A DNA stretch of 64,000 bases. Source: Hypanus sabinus (Eukaryota). Location: NCBI RefSeq assembly GCF_030144855.1, contig NC_082724.1, positions 9,362,001 to 9,426,000 on the forward strand, read 5' to 3'. The position numbers and the translations under genes are program-made. The notes under the pieces were generated by a model. The model was not told the DNA's origin. It made no database searches and saw only the letters and a program-made list of their open reading frames with translations. Below are positions 24,452 to 39,059 of the stretch, one piece after another (position 1 is the stretch's first letter; every line of letters starts with the position of its first letter).

Positions 24452-26426
24452 CTGTAAAAAAATACATAGGAGTCAGAGCTAAATTTTAATTTCTTGGCAA
24501 CTGCTTCTGACTCTGTCTACAGGATAGAAACTGGATGGCAAATGGGAAATGCAAGCAAATGACTCATTGAAATTCTGCCCAGTACCAACTGGATCAGAAT
24601 ACTGGACACTGAACACACAAGAAATCTATACCCATTTTACTACCCGAGAGTCAACTTCTTTATTTTATCTAGACACAGCGTGAACAGGCCCTTCCAGCCC
24701 AACAAGCTGCACTGTGCAGCAACCCACCTATCAAACACAAGCCTAATCACAGGATAATTTACAACGACCAATTAACTGACCAGTATGTCTTTGGTCTGTG
24801 GGAGGGAACCGGAGCATCTGGAGGAATCCCACATAGTTCATGGGGAGAATGTATAAACTCCTTACAGACAGTGCCACCAGAAGTGAACTCTGTAATGCTC
24901 CTCACTCTAATATGTCATGTCCTATCCCACATATAGCCCAGGATTACAGTCTATCAGACTTGCACTCCTATAGCACTGCTCACATCCACTTTGGGACATC
25001 TCAAGCAATTTACACGGAGCATTGAAAAGTATACCATATTATTAAGCCCTTGTAACACTTCCCTCCCATATAACCCTCGATTTTTATTTCATCCATGTGT
25101 CTATCTAAAAGTCTCTTAAAATGTCCTTAATGTGGCTGGCTCTACCACCATATCTGGAGGCACATTCCACACACCTACCATTCTCTGTGTAAAAGTCCTA
25201 GCTCTGACGTCCCCTCCTACACATTCCTCCTGACACCTTAAAGTTTACGCCCACCCCCCCTTGTATTCCATTTCCACCCTGGTAAAGTCTCTGGTTGTCC
25301 ACGCGATCTACATCTCTCATCATTTTGTACATCTCTATCAAGTCACCTCTCATCCTCCTCCTCTCCAAAGAGAAAAGCCCTAGCTCGCTCAGCCCATCCT
25401 CATAAGACATGCCTTCTGATCCCAGCAGCATCCTGGTAGATATTCTCTGCACCCTTTCTAAAGCTTCCACATCCTCCCTATAAAGAGGTGACCAGGACTG
25501 AACACTATGCTCCAACTGTGGTCACACCAGAGTTTTATAGAGATGCAACATTACCTTGCAGCAAATGAACTCAATGCCCCGACTAATGAAGGCCAATATA
25601 CCATAAGCCTTCTTAGTCACTCTAATAACTTAAGGGATCTATGGACTAAGGTTCATACAATGTAATACATTTCTGAATAGAAACCACTGTTGTAATGCAT
25701 CAAAGAGGTACAGAAAACTGGCAAACCATGCACAAAGTGCAATGATACAGATCTGCAACATCATTGAGTTAATTGGGTGAAGACTTCCCTTGCTATATCA
25801 AGGGAATGACAAGCGACTTTGGTAGATTGGAACATGGGTCAGGGCAGTCAGAGCAGCCATGGTCTTCCCAACTGGTAGAACCAACAAGGGGCAAACTGAC
25901 CTCATCGTGTCTCCAAATCACTGCCTCATGCCCAGCGCTATGGACCTCAGGACAAGATAGCTGCTGAACCGATACGCAGAGATTTCACTAAGTCCTACAA
26001 TTTAAAGACATCCAAGAGGACAAACTTGCTATAGGCTTTGGAGGCTTGCATGCCTCAATGACCCAGAGAGCTATGTTGGATGGAATCAGGGAATCATGCT
26101 TTGGCTCTTGGTAGGGTCACTCATGCCAAACAGGTCAAAGACTAGGAGTGATCCACCATTCCTCCAGGTTGGGGGACTCAGCTCAGGGCTAACAACCCTG
26201 ACTGGTAAAATAAAGTTGTTTCAGAAACAGCAACGAAAAATCCTTCCACATCTGAGTGCTACAGTATTCCTGAGTCTCCATCCAGGACTGGCATGCCTGA
26301 CGGAAGTGAAAACTGAGAGGAAGCTACTGACATGATGAAGGAAGCTCTGAACACCACCAGAAATACAGGACCTTCACTGCTGCCCTAAACACCAGCGGTG
26401 TAACGGACAGTAAATAAAACAAAACA

Positions 26427-29415
26427 TTTAGAACATAGAATAGTACAGCACATTACAGGCCCTTCAGCCCACAATGTTGTGCTGACCTTCAAACCCTGCC
26501 TCCCATATAACCCCCCACCTTAAATTCCTCCATATACCTGTCTAATAGTCTCTTAAACTTCACTAGTGTATCTGCCTCCACCGACTCAGGCAGTGCATTC
26601 CATGCACCTACCACTCTCTGAGTGAAAAACCTTCCTCTAATATCCCCCTTGAACTTCCTTCCCCTTACCTTAAAGCCATGTCCTCTTGTACTGAGCAGTG
26701 GTGCCCTGGGGAAGAGGTGTTGGCTGTCCACTCTGTCTATTCCTCTAAATATCTTGTACACCTTTATCATGTTTCCTCTCATCCTCCTTCTCTCCAAAGA
26801 GTAAAGCCCTAGCTCCCTTAATCTCTGATCATAATCCATACTCTCTAAACCAGGCAGCATCCTGGTAAATCTCCTCTATACCTTTTCCAATGCTTCCACA
26901 TCCTTCCTATAGTGAGGCGACCAGAACTGGACACAGTACTCTAAGTTTGGCCTAACTAGAGTTTTATACAGTTGCATCATTACATCGCGACTCTTAAACT
27001 CTATCCCTCAACTTATAAAAGCTAACACCCCATAAGCTTTCTTAACTACCCTATCTACCTGTGAGGCAACTTTCAGGGATCTGTGGACATGTACCCCCAG
27101 ATCCCTCTGCTCCTCCACACTACCAAGTATCCTGCCATTTACTTTGTACTCTGCCTTGGAGTTTGTCCTTCCAAAGTGTACCACCTCACACTTCTCTAGG
27201 TTGAACTCCATCTGCCACTTCTCAGCCCACTTCTGCATCCTATCAATGTCTCTCTGCAATCTTCGACAATCCTCTACACTATCTACAACACCACCAACCT
27301 TTGTGTCATCTGCAAACTTGCCAACCCACCCTTCTACCCCCACATCCAGGTTATTAATAAAAATCACAAAAAGTAGAGGTCCCAGAACAGATCCTTGTGG
27401 GACACCACTAGTCACAACCCTCCAATCTGAATGTACTCCCTCCACCATGACCCTCTGTCTTCTGCAGGCATGCCAATTCTGAATCCACCTGGCCAAACTT
27501 CCCTGGTTCCCATGCCTTCTGACTTTCTGAATAAGCCTACCATGTGAAACCTTTTCAAATGCCTTACTAAAATCCATGTAGATCACATCCACTGCGCTAC
27601 CCTCATCTATATGCCTGGTCACTTCCTCAAAGAACTCTATCAGGCTTGTTAGGCACGATCTGCCCTTCACAAAGCCACGCTGACTGTCCCTAATCAGACC
27701 ATGATTCTCTAATTGCCCACAGATCCTATCTCTAAGAATCTTTTCCAACAGCTTTCCCACCACAGACGTAAGGCTCACTGGTCTATAATTACCTGGACTA
27801 TCCTTACTACCTTTTTTGAACAAGGGGACAACATTCGCCTCCCTCCAATCTCCTGGTACCATTCCCGTGGACAACAAGGACATAAAGATCCTAGCCAGAG
27901 GTTCAGCAATCTCTTCCCTTGCCTCGTGGAGCAGCATGGGGAATATTCCATCAGGCCCCAGGGACTTATCCTTCCTAATGTATTTTAACAACTCCAACAC
28001 CTCCTCTCCCTTAATATTAACATGCTCCAGAACATCAACCTCACTCATATTGTCTTCACCGTCATCAAATTCCCTCACAGTGGTGAATACAGAAGAGAAG
28101 TATTCATTGAGGACCTTGCTCACTTCCACAACCTCCAGGCACATCTTCCCACTTTTATCTCTAATCGGTCCGACCTTCACTCCTGTCATCCTTTTGGTCT
28201 TCACATAATTGAAGAATGCCTTGGGGTTTTCCTTTACCCTACTCACCAAGGCCTTCTCATGCCCCCTTCTTGCTCTTCTCAGCCCCTTCTTAAGCTCCTT
28301 TCTTGCTACCCTATATTCCTCAATAGACCCATCTGATCCTCGCTTCCTAAACCTCGTGTATGCTGCCTTCTTCCACCTGACTAGATTTTCCATTTCACGT
28401 CACCCATGGTTCCTTCACCCTACCATTCTTTATCTTTCTCACCGGGACAAATTTATCCCTAACATCCTGCCAGATATCCCTAAACATCAACCACATGTCC
28501 ATAGTACATTTCCCTGCAAAAACATCATCCCAATTCACACCCGCAAGTTCTAGCCTTATAGCCTCATAATTTGACCTTCCCTAATTAAAAATTTCCTGTC
28601 CTCTCTGATTCTATCCTTTTCCATGATAATGCTAAATGTCAGGGAGTGGTGATCACTGCCCCCCAGATGTTCACCCACTGACAGATCTGTGACCTGACCC
28701 GGTTCGTTACCTAATACTAGATCTAGTATGGCATTCCCCCTAGTCGGCCTGTCAACATACTGTGACAGGAATCCATCCTGGACGCACTTAACAAACTGCC
28801 TCATCTAAACCCTTGGAACTAATCAAGTGCCAATCAATATTAGGGAAGTTAAAGTCACCCACGATAACAACGCTGTTATTTTTGCACCTTTCTAAAATCT
28901 GCCTCCCAATCTGCTCCTCAGTATCTCTGCTGCTACCAGGGGACCTACAGAATACCCCCAGTAGAGTAACTGCTCCCTTCCTGTTCCTGACTTCCACCCA
29001 TACTGACTCAAAAGAGGATCCTGCCACATTACCCACCCTTTCTGCAGCTGTAATAGTATCCCTGACCAGTAATGCCACCCCTCCTTCCCTTCCCCCCCCC
29101 CCCATCCCTTTTAAAGCACTGAAATCCAGGAATATTGAGAATCCATTCCTGCCCTGGTGCCAGCCAAGTCTCCGCAATGGCCACTACATCATAATTCCAT
29201 GTATGTATCCAAGCTCTCAGTTTATCACCTTTGTTCCTGATGCTTCCTGCATTGAAGTACACGCACTTTAGCCCTTCTACCTTACTACCTTTACACCCTT
29301 TATCCTGCTTCTCTTTCCTCAAAGCTTCTCTATTTATTGGATCTGGCTTTACTCAATGCACTTCTTTCACTGCTCTATCGCTTTGGGTCCCATCCCCCTT
29401 GCAAATTAGTTTAAA
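26427..29415 (-). mobile_element. CR1 LINE with complete but disrupted ORF2 (APE endonuclease + RT) in WDR6 intron 5
   Basis: YFNAGS, ETW, GDFN, SDH endonuclease motifs; GPDG, PQGSVLGP, FADD RT motifs; 3' (ttctatg)-type tail; several frameshifts and stops. Confidence 0.93.
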
Positions 29416-29708
29416 GACTGAAAGACACTTAACATTCTCCAGTCCTGATGGAGGGTCTCAGCCCAAAACATAGTCTATACTCTTTCTCAAAGATGCTGCC
29501 TGCAGCACTTGCACTCTACTTGCACCACTTATTTAACAGTATTTATCGTAATTTATGGTTTTTCTTTATATTGCTCTGCACTGCTGTCACAAACCAACAA
29601 ATTTCACGACATATGTCAGTGATATTAAATCAGATTCTGATCTTGACTACAAGCCCGTGTGTCTTGCAGCCAAGGGTCTGAAGCTTTACCAAGTTATGTG
29701 GGACATAC

Positions 29709-29827
29709 CCCAAGGTTGGTGGGTTCTCTCTGGGAGACTGTCTGCAGCCTTGGCCTTCTCAATGATCCATGAGGTATCCCAAAGGGCAATCCGTCCATCT
29801 GTGGCAGCGCTGCAGAGAAACACTTTC
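29709..29827 (-). CDS. WDR6: WDR6 coding exon 5 (KVFLCSAATDGRIALWD...)
   Basis: ctgtag| acceptor, G|gtatgt donor, 119 nt, phase 2-1; LCSAATDG..W motif. Confidence 0.93.
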
Positions 29828-30406
29828 CTACAGGCAATGAGAGACAGTGCGTTTTCTGACTTGCTCCAATATCTGAATACCAACTTCTGCTCATAGTCTG
29901 AGCAAAATTAATAAAACTAATTAAATCTCCTGTGCATATCAGAGAGAGTGAAGGGCTGTCACGTGTTCAACCAAGATAATAATCTAAGGGGGTGGAGGGA
30001 GGAGAGGGAAAGACTGAATAGGTTAGGACTTCATTCCTTGGAGCGTAGAAGATTGACAGATATACAAAATTATGAAGGGTACAGATAAGGTAAATGCAAG
30101 CAGGCCTTTTCCACTGAGGTTAAGTGAGACTACTACTAGAAGTCATAGATTAAGGATGAAAGGTGAAAAGTTTAATGGGAGCTGAGGGAAAACTTCTTCA
30201 CAGAAGGTGGTAAGAGTGTGGAATGAGCTGCCAGCACAAGTGGTGCGTGCAAACTTGATTTCAACATTTAAGAGAAGTGTGGATTGGTACATGGATGGTA
30301 GGGGTATGGAGGACTGTGGTCCCAGTGCAATTTGATGGGAGTAGACAGTCTAAATGGTCCAGCACAGACTAGATGGGCCAAAAGTCTTGGTTCTGTGCTG
30401 TAATTT

Positions 30407-30933
<527 letters not shown>

Positions 30934-31566
30934 GTGCTGTAATTTTCTATAACTCTGGGAGTGTAGAACAGGAGTTTGGAAGAAGCACAGAGAGAGGGGA
31001 AGAGATGAACTAGGGAAAGTGATACAGGAGGCAGGGGGAGGAGAGATGACAGGGAGATTGAGGAGAGAGAAGAAGAGGAAATTAACTTATAGAGCTACAT
31101 AAAAAACAAGGGCATAAATAGCCAAATGGTCACCATCTGTTTCCAAGGATACAGGAGGGTTAAACTAGAGACTGTGGGTTTAAGATGATAGGGAAAACAT
31201 ACATTCATTGAGATACAGCAAGGAATAGGCCCTTTCAGCTCTCCAAGCCGCACAGCCCAGCAATCACTCGATTTAACCATAGCCTAATTACAGGACAATT
31301 TACAATGACCCATTAACTTATCAACTGGCACATCTTTGGTCAGTGGGAGGAAACCCACGCAGTCATGGGGAGAACGGACAAATTCCTTACAGGCAACGGC
31401 ATGATTTCAACCTGGGTTGCTGGTACTCTAACCACCAGGCTATTGTGCCAACCTTGGGGCAGGTTAATGCCCCATACCGTGGGTACGGAGATCAAGCTAC
31501 CTGAGGAAATGGTGGAAGCAGCATTAACAAAAGACTTAGGACAGTTGCTTGGAGAGGAAAGGTTTA

Positions 31567-31650
31567 GTGAAGGGATTTTCCAATCTTTTTTATGCCATGG
31601 ACCCCTACCATTAACCACTGGGCCTGTGCTCCCCAGGTTGGGAATCCCTA
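31567..31650. mobile_element. Short hAT-type MITE
   Basis: Imperfect TIRs agggattttccaa...ttgggaatccct; shorter relative at 51149-51200. Confidence 0.5.
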
Positions 31651-32072
31651 TCCCTGGTTTAGAGTGATTTGGGCCAACTCTAAAGACTGAAATGCTGATG
31701 GAAAGACACAGCTGAGGTGTATGCAACACCTGTAATTTGGGAGGCTGACACTACCTTTCAACATTAAGGACGTTATTAAGAAAGATGGTGATTATGGAAG
31801 TACAGGTTGGCAAGCACAGTTCTGTTTATTTAGGAAAGCCTTGATGGGGCAGCAGACCTGCTACATACCTCAACTTCAGCCTATTACCAGAGCACAAACC
31901 CTGCAGCAGTTACTGGGGCAGGAGGGGAAACTCACAGAGAAGGGATTAAGTTACGGTAATACTGCTGTTTGAAACAGAATAGTGATCGGTGCCCACAGCC
32001 CCAACCGCAAATGATCCACTCACATCTCAGTTTCTGCACTGGTCTCTCCAATCCCTTAGTGAAGGCACTTAC

Positions 32073-32189
32073 CGCCCTCTGGTGGTTGGCTGGTGCGTGA
32101 ACGTTTGCAGTTTCAGCACACACCGCTGATGGTAGAAGGATTCGGCAAGCAGCAGGACCCTCTTCTCACATTCGTCAATCACAAAGAAT
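32073..32189 (-). CDS. WDR6: WDR6 coding exon 4 (FFVIDE...AESFYHQRCVLKLQTFTH)
   Basis: ctgtag| acceptor, CG|gtaagt donor, 117 nt, phase 2-2; HxRCVLK motif. Confidence 0.93.
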
Positions 32190-32952
32190 CTACAGAGCAA
32201 AAGCAATTGTACTGAATGTTGAAGCTGTAACAGTTCACTGACAGGATGTGATCCACAACTGCAAATGCTGTCTTATTTGGCAATTACCTTTATACAAACA
32301 ATTTCAGTGTGGGACCAGATAACAGTCCAGATGAAGTGTCTTGACTTGAAACTTTCACTGTAAAACTGCCACATTAACCCATTTGGTCTTACTCTATCGG
32401 AGATATTCCCTTTGTTCTCCCATTCCCCACCCATTCTTTCTGCTACTGAAAACCAACTCGTTTTTCTTATTTCTACTTCTGACAAAAAGGTCTTCAACCT
32501 GACATATTATTTTTCCATAGATGCTGTCTGACCTGCTGAGTGTTTCCAACATTTTTATTTATTTTGGATTTCTAGCATCTGCAAGGATTTTTTTCTGATT
32601 TGCATTGGTTCTAATGCCAAATGAGATAACTTAGCAACACAAGACATAGTCCATAATTTTGAAATTCCTCCTCTAACAAAGCATCTACTCCTTAAACATT
32701 AGTCTTGTAATACAACAGCAAAAGTTGGAAACAGCTCTGTTTTCCTTTCAGACTTTAAGCAACTGAAGTTCTACTTTCAGATGACTTAAACATTAATTGT
32801 TTGTCTCTTCAGACGCTGACTGTCCCACCAGGTATCTTCTTGTACTTCAGAGAAATTCCTAGTCCATCTAGCTCGAGATCTTGCCAGGTTATGACAGGGC
32901 AAGGAAGGATTTAAAATATAAATGAGGCATTTCTGTTAAAGAGAAGACTCAC

Positions 32953-33054
32953 CTCAAAGCTCCATCACTGCAAGCTGCTCCCAGGAAATGCCAGGAGGGA
33001 TGGGGGTCCATTCCAGGATCCACCCCACTATCCACCACCGCAATGGACATATAC
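32953..33054 (-). CDS. WDR6: WDR6 coding exon 3 (RYMSIAVV...AACSDGALR)
   Basis: tttcag| acceptor, AG|gtgagt donor, 102 nt, phase 2-2; RYMS and AACSDG motifs. Confidence 0.93.
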
Positions 33055-34952
33055 CTGAAAGAGAGGAGATTCAGGTCACAGAACAGTCAAGATACCTCAC
33101 AGTCCATTAACTAAGAGACCAGGTTTAAACCTCTGGTGCTGCTAAAAGATCAAATATGAAAGATGTACACAACTACAGGCAATTCAGTTTAAGAAGGTGA
33201 CATGGGAAAGGGGGAGTTGCTTTTCTATAGCACTTTCAAACAGAGCATTCTTACAACCCGCAAGATACATTCTGAATAGTAATCACATCTGTGCTGTAGA
33301 AAGCATGGCAGGAATTCACTCTTTTCTCTTATTGGGCAGAAGATACAAAAGCAAGAAAGCATCACCAGGCTCAAAAACAGCTTCTATCACACAGTTATCA
33401 GAGAAAATTTTATTATCAAAGTACATATATGTCACCATACACAACCCAGTGATACATTTTCTTGTGAGCATATTCCAATAACCTATAGAATAATAACCAT
33501 AACAGAATCAATGGAAGACCACCCAACCAGGGTGTTCACTCAGAGTGCAGAAGACAACAACCAGCGGAAATAATAACAATAATAAATAAATACACAATAA
33601 AGATCAAGAACAACAGAGATAAAGAGTCCTTGAATGCAAGACCATTGTTTGTGGGAACACTTCAATGATGGGACAAGTGAAATTTAAAGTCATCCCCTTT
33701 GGTTCAAGACCCTGATGGTTGATGACGTTAGAAACCATTTTTTTTCAATAATCCTGTTTAAAAGATTCGTATTTTTAACAAATGTGCGGTATTCACAGTA
33801 TCTGGTTGTTTGTTCCCACTCACTGACAGAAAGTGGTATAGCTGTTAAAATAACAGTTTATCCCATTTCTCATTGGCTAAGTATTAGCACATTTACCCGC
33901 GTGATGTAATTGTTTTAATTATGTAGCCTATTAACTAGTTTGTTCCTACCTAAGGAGTGAAGGATTTTTCAGAGGTGCCACCTTCTTTCTTCTCGTTCGT
34001 CTCTCAGCTCTTTATTTAATCTGCTTAGTATTCGTATGTTGTAGTCTAAAATAAACTGAAATCTTGAAAGTAAGACCGCTCATCATTCCTGACTCCCGGA
34101 AGAAGCACAAGGATCAGAAAATAAATAGAAACCCAACAAGGGGTAGCAACTGTTCCTGAACCTGGTGGTGTGAGTCTCAAAGCTCTTGTACCTTCTTCCT
34201 GCAGCAGTGAGAAGAGAGCATGTCCTGGGTGGTGGAGTCCCTGATGATGAATGCTACTTTCCTGAGACAGCGTTTCATGTAGATGTGCTCAAGGGTTGGG
34301 AGGACTTTACCCATGATGGAGCCCTCCCAACTATTTATCAGACCCTTGAGTGGACGAGATGGCCTCCCAATCTACCTTTTTATGATCTTGCACTTTATCA
34401 TTTACCTACACTGCACTTTTTTTTAGTAGCTTTTACCATTCTGCATTGTATTAGAACACAGAACATTTCATCATCGTACAGGCCCTTCAGCTAACGATGT
34501 TGTACCAACCTATTAATCTACTCTAAGATCAATCTAACCCTTCCTTCCCACACAGCCCACAATTTATTCTATCATCTAAGAGTCTCTTAACTACCCCTAA
34601 TATATCTGCCTCTACCACCCCTGCCAATACATTCCAAGCACCCACCACCCCCCATTAAAAAAAATGTACCTCTGATATTCCTCCAATACTTTCCTCCAAA
34701 TACCTTAAATTATGCCCCTTTGTATTAGCATTTCTGCCCTGGGAAAAGTCTCTGGCTATCAACTTGATTTATATCAACTGAATAATGATCTGATCTTTCT
34801 AAACAGTACACAAGACTTTTTCAGTGCATCTTGATACGTGTGCAAATAGTAATAAACCAAATCAAAACAATGTGAGAAGAGCATTATCCCACAAACAGCA
34901 GCATGAGCAATCTGAGGGATTAATAGTAAAGACATCAAAAATCTAGAATAAC

Positions 34953-35135
34953 AAACACAAAATGCTGGAGGAACTCAGCAGATCAGGCAGCATCTACAGA
35001 GAGGGATAAACAGTCAACATTTTGGGTTGAGACCCTTCATCAAGACTTTGAAGGGTCTCGGCCCAAAACATCAACTGTTTATTCCTCTCCATAGATGCTG
35101 CCTGGTCTGGTGAGTTCCTAAAATATTTTGCGTTT
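34953..35135. repeat. Palindromic pair of Penelope-derived terminal repeats
   Basis: acacaaaatgctggaggaactcagc...gacccttcatcaag followed by its reverse complement; similar structures at 6948-7115, 10160-10330 and 44090-44285. Confidence 0.75.
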
Positions 35136-36733
35136 GATGCAATGCATTACTTTCATTTTAATAAAAACAGTGCTGAATGTGCAAAACTCTGTCACTACTG
35201 GCCTGGATTTAATACTCAAGTCTCTGGAGTGGGACTTGAACCCTCAAATGTCCATAGCCAAACAAACCATCGTGGTCTTGGCTCAGACCTGGTGCTCCAG
35301 TGGTACACGAGGTGCCAGAGGCCTGTTGGGTGTCAGTCGTGTTAAGTCTCGGCAGAAGCACTGATAAAACCAGAGTACTCACTCAGAGAGGGGATCTGAG
35401 GGAGGCCTTCTTCATCCAGTGAAATCGCTGCCTGAGAGAGTGGTGGAAGCAAACTTGTTGATGAATTTGGGAAGGTTTTGGATGAACATTTGAATCATAA
35501 GAGGCTACAGGCCAAATTCTATAAAGTGGGATGGATGTCTGATGGTCAGACTGGACATGGTGGGATGAATGATCTGTTTTCACTTGACAGTATCCAAGTG
35601 AAATGCTGATGCTGCCTTGAGAAGCAGCTTCTATCATCAAGGACCCTCAGGTTTATTAACACTGACATACTGCATGTCATGAAATTTGTTGTTTTGTGGC
35701 AGCAGTACAATACAAAACATAAAAATTACTGTGTTTTACAAAAAAATACAAAAATAATAAATGGTGCAGAACGAAAGCAAAATAGTGAGGCAGTGTTCGT
35801 GGGTTCATGAACTGTTCAGAAATCTGATAGCGGAAGGGAAGATGCTGTCCTGGATGGTGGGGGTCCTTACTGAGGTCCTCTTCTGCTGCTACCATCAGGC
35901 AGGAGGTACAGAAGCCCAAAGCCTAACACCACCAGGTTCAAGAACAGCTACTTTTCCACAACCATCAGGTCCTCGAATTGAACTGCACAATTGTAATGCT
36001 ACCTCAGCTGCAGATCACTATGGACCATCTATTATATTAGCATGGATTTGTCTCTGCATTTCTTCATAAAATACCTCATTTTTCATTTTTTTTATGTTCC
36101 ATCCGTTGCCTGAACCTTTACATGCTCATCTACCAATTTTTTCATTGCACCTTTAGCTCAGATTGAGAAATTAGCTAATCTGGACTGGCAGGTGGGAGTC
36201 AAAGAAATACACAGAATGGAAATAGGCCTTTTGACCCAACTCATCCATGTCAACCAAACCGTCTTCTTGAGCCAGGCCCACTTAAAGAAAGATAGGCTTT
36301 GTTTGTCACAGGTACATTGAAACAGCAAAACACTAATGAAATGCGTTGCGTTTGCCAACGACCAAATCACTCCAAGGATGCAATGGATGCCAGGATGGAA
36401 ATGCCTTGCTTTTGACAGCAATGTAGCATTCCCACAACTTACTAACCCTAACCAGTGCACCGTTGTATTGTGAAGGAAATCGGAGCATCTGGAGGAAACC
36501 CATGCAGTTACGGGAAAAATGTACAATCACCTTACAGACAGCGGAGGGAATTGAGCCCTGATTGCTGGGGCTGTAAAGTGTTATACTAACCACTCTGCGA
36601 CCCATGCCCCCCACCACAGTCAAGTTTTTTATTGCTCCTGTAGCTCACTGATCTCGTGCACATTGAACTTGAAATTTAAGCCAAGCTAAAGTCGAGGCCA
36701 ACAGACTAACAGGCACACACATAAGAGAGTTAC

Positions 36734-39059
36734 CTGGTCTCAGGGTCCATCTTCAGCATCTTGTGCCTGTTCTTCCTTCGCTCCCAATCTTCGGCCAACC
36801 TGTGGGAGCCCAAGTGCTCCACCTGGCACCTCAGGGAGAGAGCAGCGTCCTCGTACCCAAACAGGAAGCGGAAGCACTGCAGTTCAGCTCGGCCGCCGGC
36901 AGAGAAGAGCAGGGTCGAGGAGACGTGACCTCCACCTGGGGCCGTGGCTAAGGTCCTCACACTGGAGATATGGTTGCCAACAGTGGTGAGCCTGGTGAGC
37001 CGGCCTGAGGACAGGTCAAGGGCGAGGATGTGGAGGGTGGTATCTTCACTGCCGGTAGCCAGCACAACGGTGCGGCCCTCGAGCCTGGCCACCAGTGTGA
37101 CACAGGTGATCTCTCGACCGTGTGAGGGCTCCTGAAGGGACTCCCCAGAGCTCCCACCGCTCTGCCTCACCCAGCAGGCATAGACTGCACCCGACTTTAT
37201 GTAGACAAAGAGGTGCTGCCCGCTTTCTGAGGGGCTGAAACTCCAGGAGCGGTGCCCCCCACCACAGGTCACCCTCATCAGCTGCTGCTCTGTCTCCAGG
37301 TTCCAAGCCAGGAAGTCACTGCCACGGAAGCCCAGAGCGAGGAAGTGGGCTCCACCAGGTGCGGGCACCAGCCGCTCCAACCACTCCACGCCCTTTGGGG
37401 GCCGTCGACTCGTTAGCAGGACCAGCCTGCCCTCCTCCTCTACCCGAATCTCCCGATAGCGACCGTCCCGGCCAGTGCTGTAGACCAGGCCCTGGTAACA
37501 CAGCACCGAGGTGACACCCGACGGCCCATGGAGGCCTGGTAGTGCCGAGACTGGCTGGCAGGCAGGCGCCAGAGACCCTGCCACAGGGTAGAGCAGCACC
37601 GAGCCCCGGCGATCGCCGCACACCAGGTACGGGGAACCAGGCAGGAAGGCGACATCGGTGTGCCACCGGTGCCGGCAGGGAGGCAGCAGGAAGCGGCACC
37701 TGACCTTCAGGCTCAGTCGGCCCGCAGCCCAGTCCACCTGCCACCATGCCATCTCCCCCTCAGCCCCTGACGAGAAGAGGTGGCCCTGGCCTGGCCCCTG
37801 CCCCTCCTGGCTGGCCCAGGTCAGACTGTGCACTTTGCCCCGGTGCTCATGTCGCTCGATCGCCACCCCCTCCGGCTGGTCAAGTGGGAAGGCCTTCAGG
37901 CAGCCCTCCAGGTTGCCTAAGACGCATAGGACAGCACCACCCGGGAGCCTGGTGGCCACCAGCAAGCCGTAGGACTGGTATTTGGGGTCCTGCATAAGGC
38001 ACTTGTGCTCACCAGTGTCCAAATGGTAGCTGTAGACACTCCCAGTGCCCGTCAGGACCAACAGCAGGGTGGGGTCAACCAAGCACAGAGCTCTCGGGTT
38101 CCTCAGGTCACTGGCCTCGCCCAGCAAGAGCAGATTGTTGGTCATCTCCTCCGCTTCCTCATCCCCGATCCTCCACAGCCTGATGCCCGAGTCCGCTCCT
38201 CCAGTGGCAGCCCACTCTCCATCCTCACTGACTGCCAGAGCCCTCACGCTCCCCCTGTGCCCTCGGAAGCTATGGGTGACCCTCCCGTTGTAGCTCCAGA
38301 CCAGGCATGCCGAGTCTTCTCCGACACTGATCACACGGTCAGGCAGCAGCCGCACCTGCCAAACCCGGGACTGGTGCCCATAGAGCTGCAGGAGGCACTC
38401 GGTCCCGCTGTCCCCACCCTCCAGCTCGTGAGGCAGGCTCCCCACCTTCCACAGCCTCACGCTCCTGTCGTCCGAGGCCGAGACGAGGACTCCATTTCGC
38501 TGCAGGTAATCAATGCTGAAGATGACCCCGCTGTGACCGCTGATGCGCCTGTCCACTCTCACCCTGCCCCGCCCATCAGTAGGTCCTGTCATCCGCCACA
38601 GTACAAGCTGGTTGAAGACAGTCCCGGAGACTAGCGCCAGCTCGTCCCAGCTCCGGCCAAGCAGATGGGCGGAGTACAGGATGCACTTCTCCTCGCAGTG
38701 AACCTCACGCAGGGTTCGCCGTCCCCAGTAGTCACACAGAACCACAGAGTTGTGCCCAAGCGCCAGGGCAAAGCAGCCAACTGAGGCATCTGATGCTTGG
38801 AGCCACCGGAGGTCCCAGATCCAATCATGCAGTTCGTACAGGGGGCCCATCGGCCGCAGCTCTGGCTCTCCATCCTCCTGCGTCCGCAGTTCCAGCACAG
38901 CCACCCCTTTCCCACCGAACACCGCCAGCAAGGTGAGTCCACTGCCATGGCATAGCTTGATCCCATGGATGCGGTAATTCCGTAGAACGTTGCACCAAAG
39001 TTTTCTGCCACGGCCATTTGCAGAGTTCCAGGAATGCAGCGATACACAGGCTCCTTCAC
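36734..39059 (-). CDS. WDR6: WDR6 coding exon 2 (2326 nt, WD40 repeats)
   Basis: 807-aa ORF with WD40 motifs (GHSGVIF..SASDDRSVRLW, GHQSRVW, CGGGHRSW, HGREIT, SAGGRA, DPETR); ttaacag| acceptor and AG|gtaac donor. Confidence 0.97.

Noticed and set aside
36763-38977. Many plus-strand and alternate-frame ORFs overlapping WDR6 exon 2; also 9689-10153 (+)
   Set aside because: Expected shadow ORFs in GC-rich coding DNA; no motifs or splice support
36734-39059. Very large GC-rich exon as a possible retrogene or horizontal transfer
   Set aside because: Splices in phase with five other exons; a large second exon is the normal WDR6 architecture as I recall it
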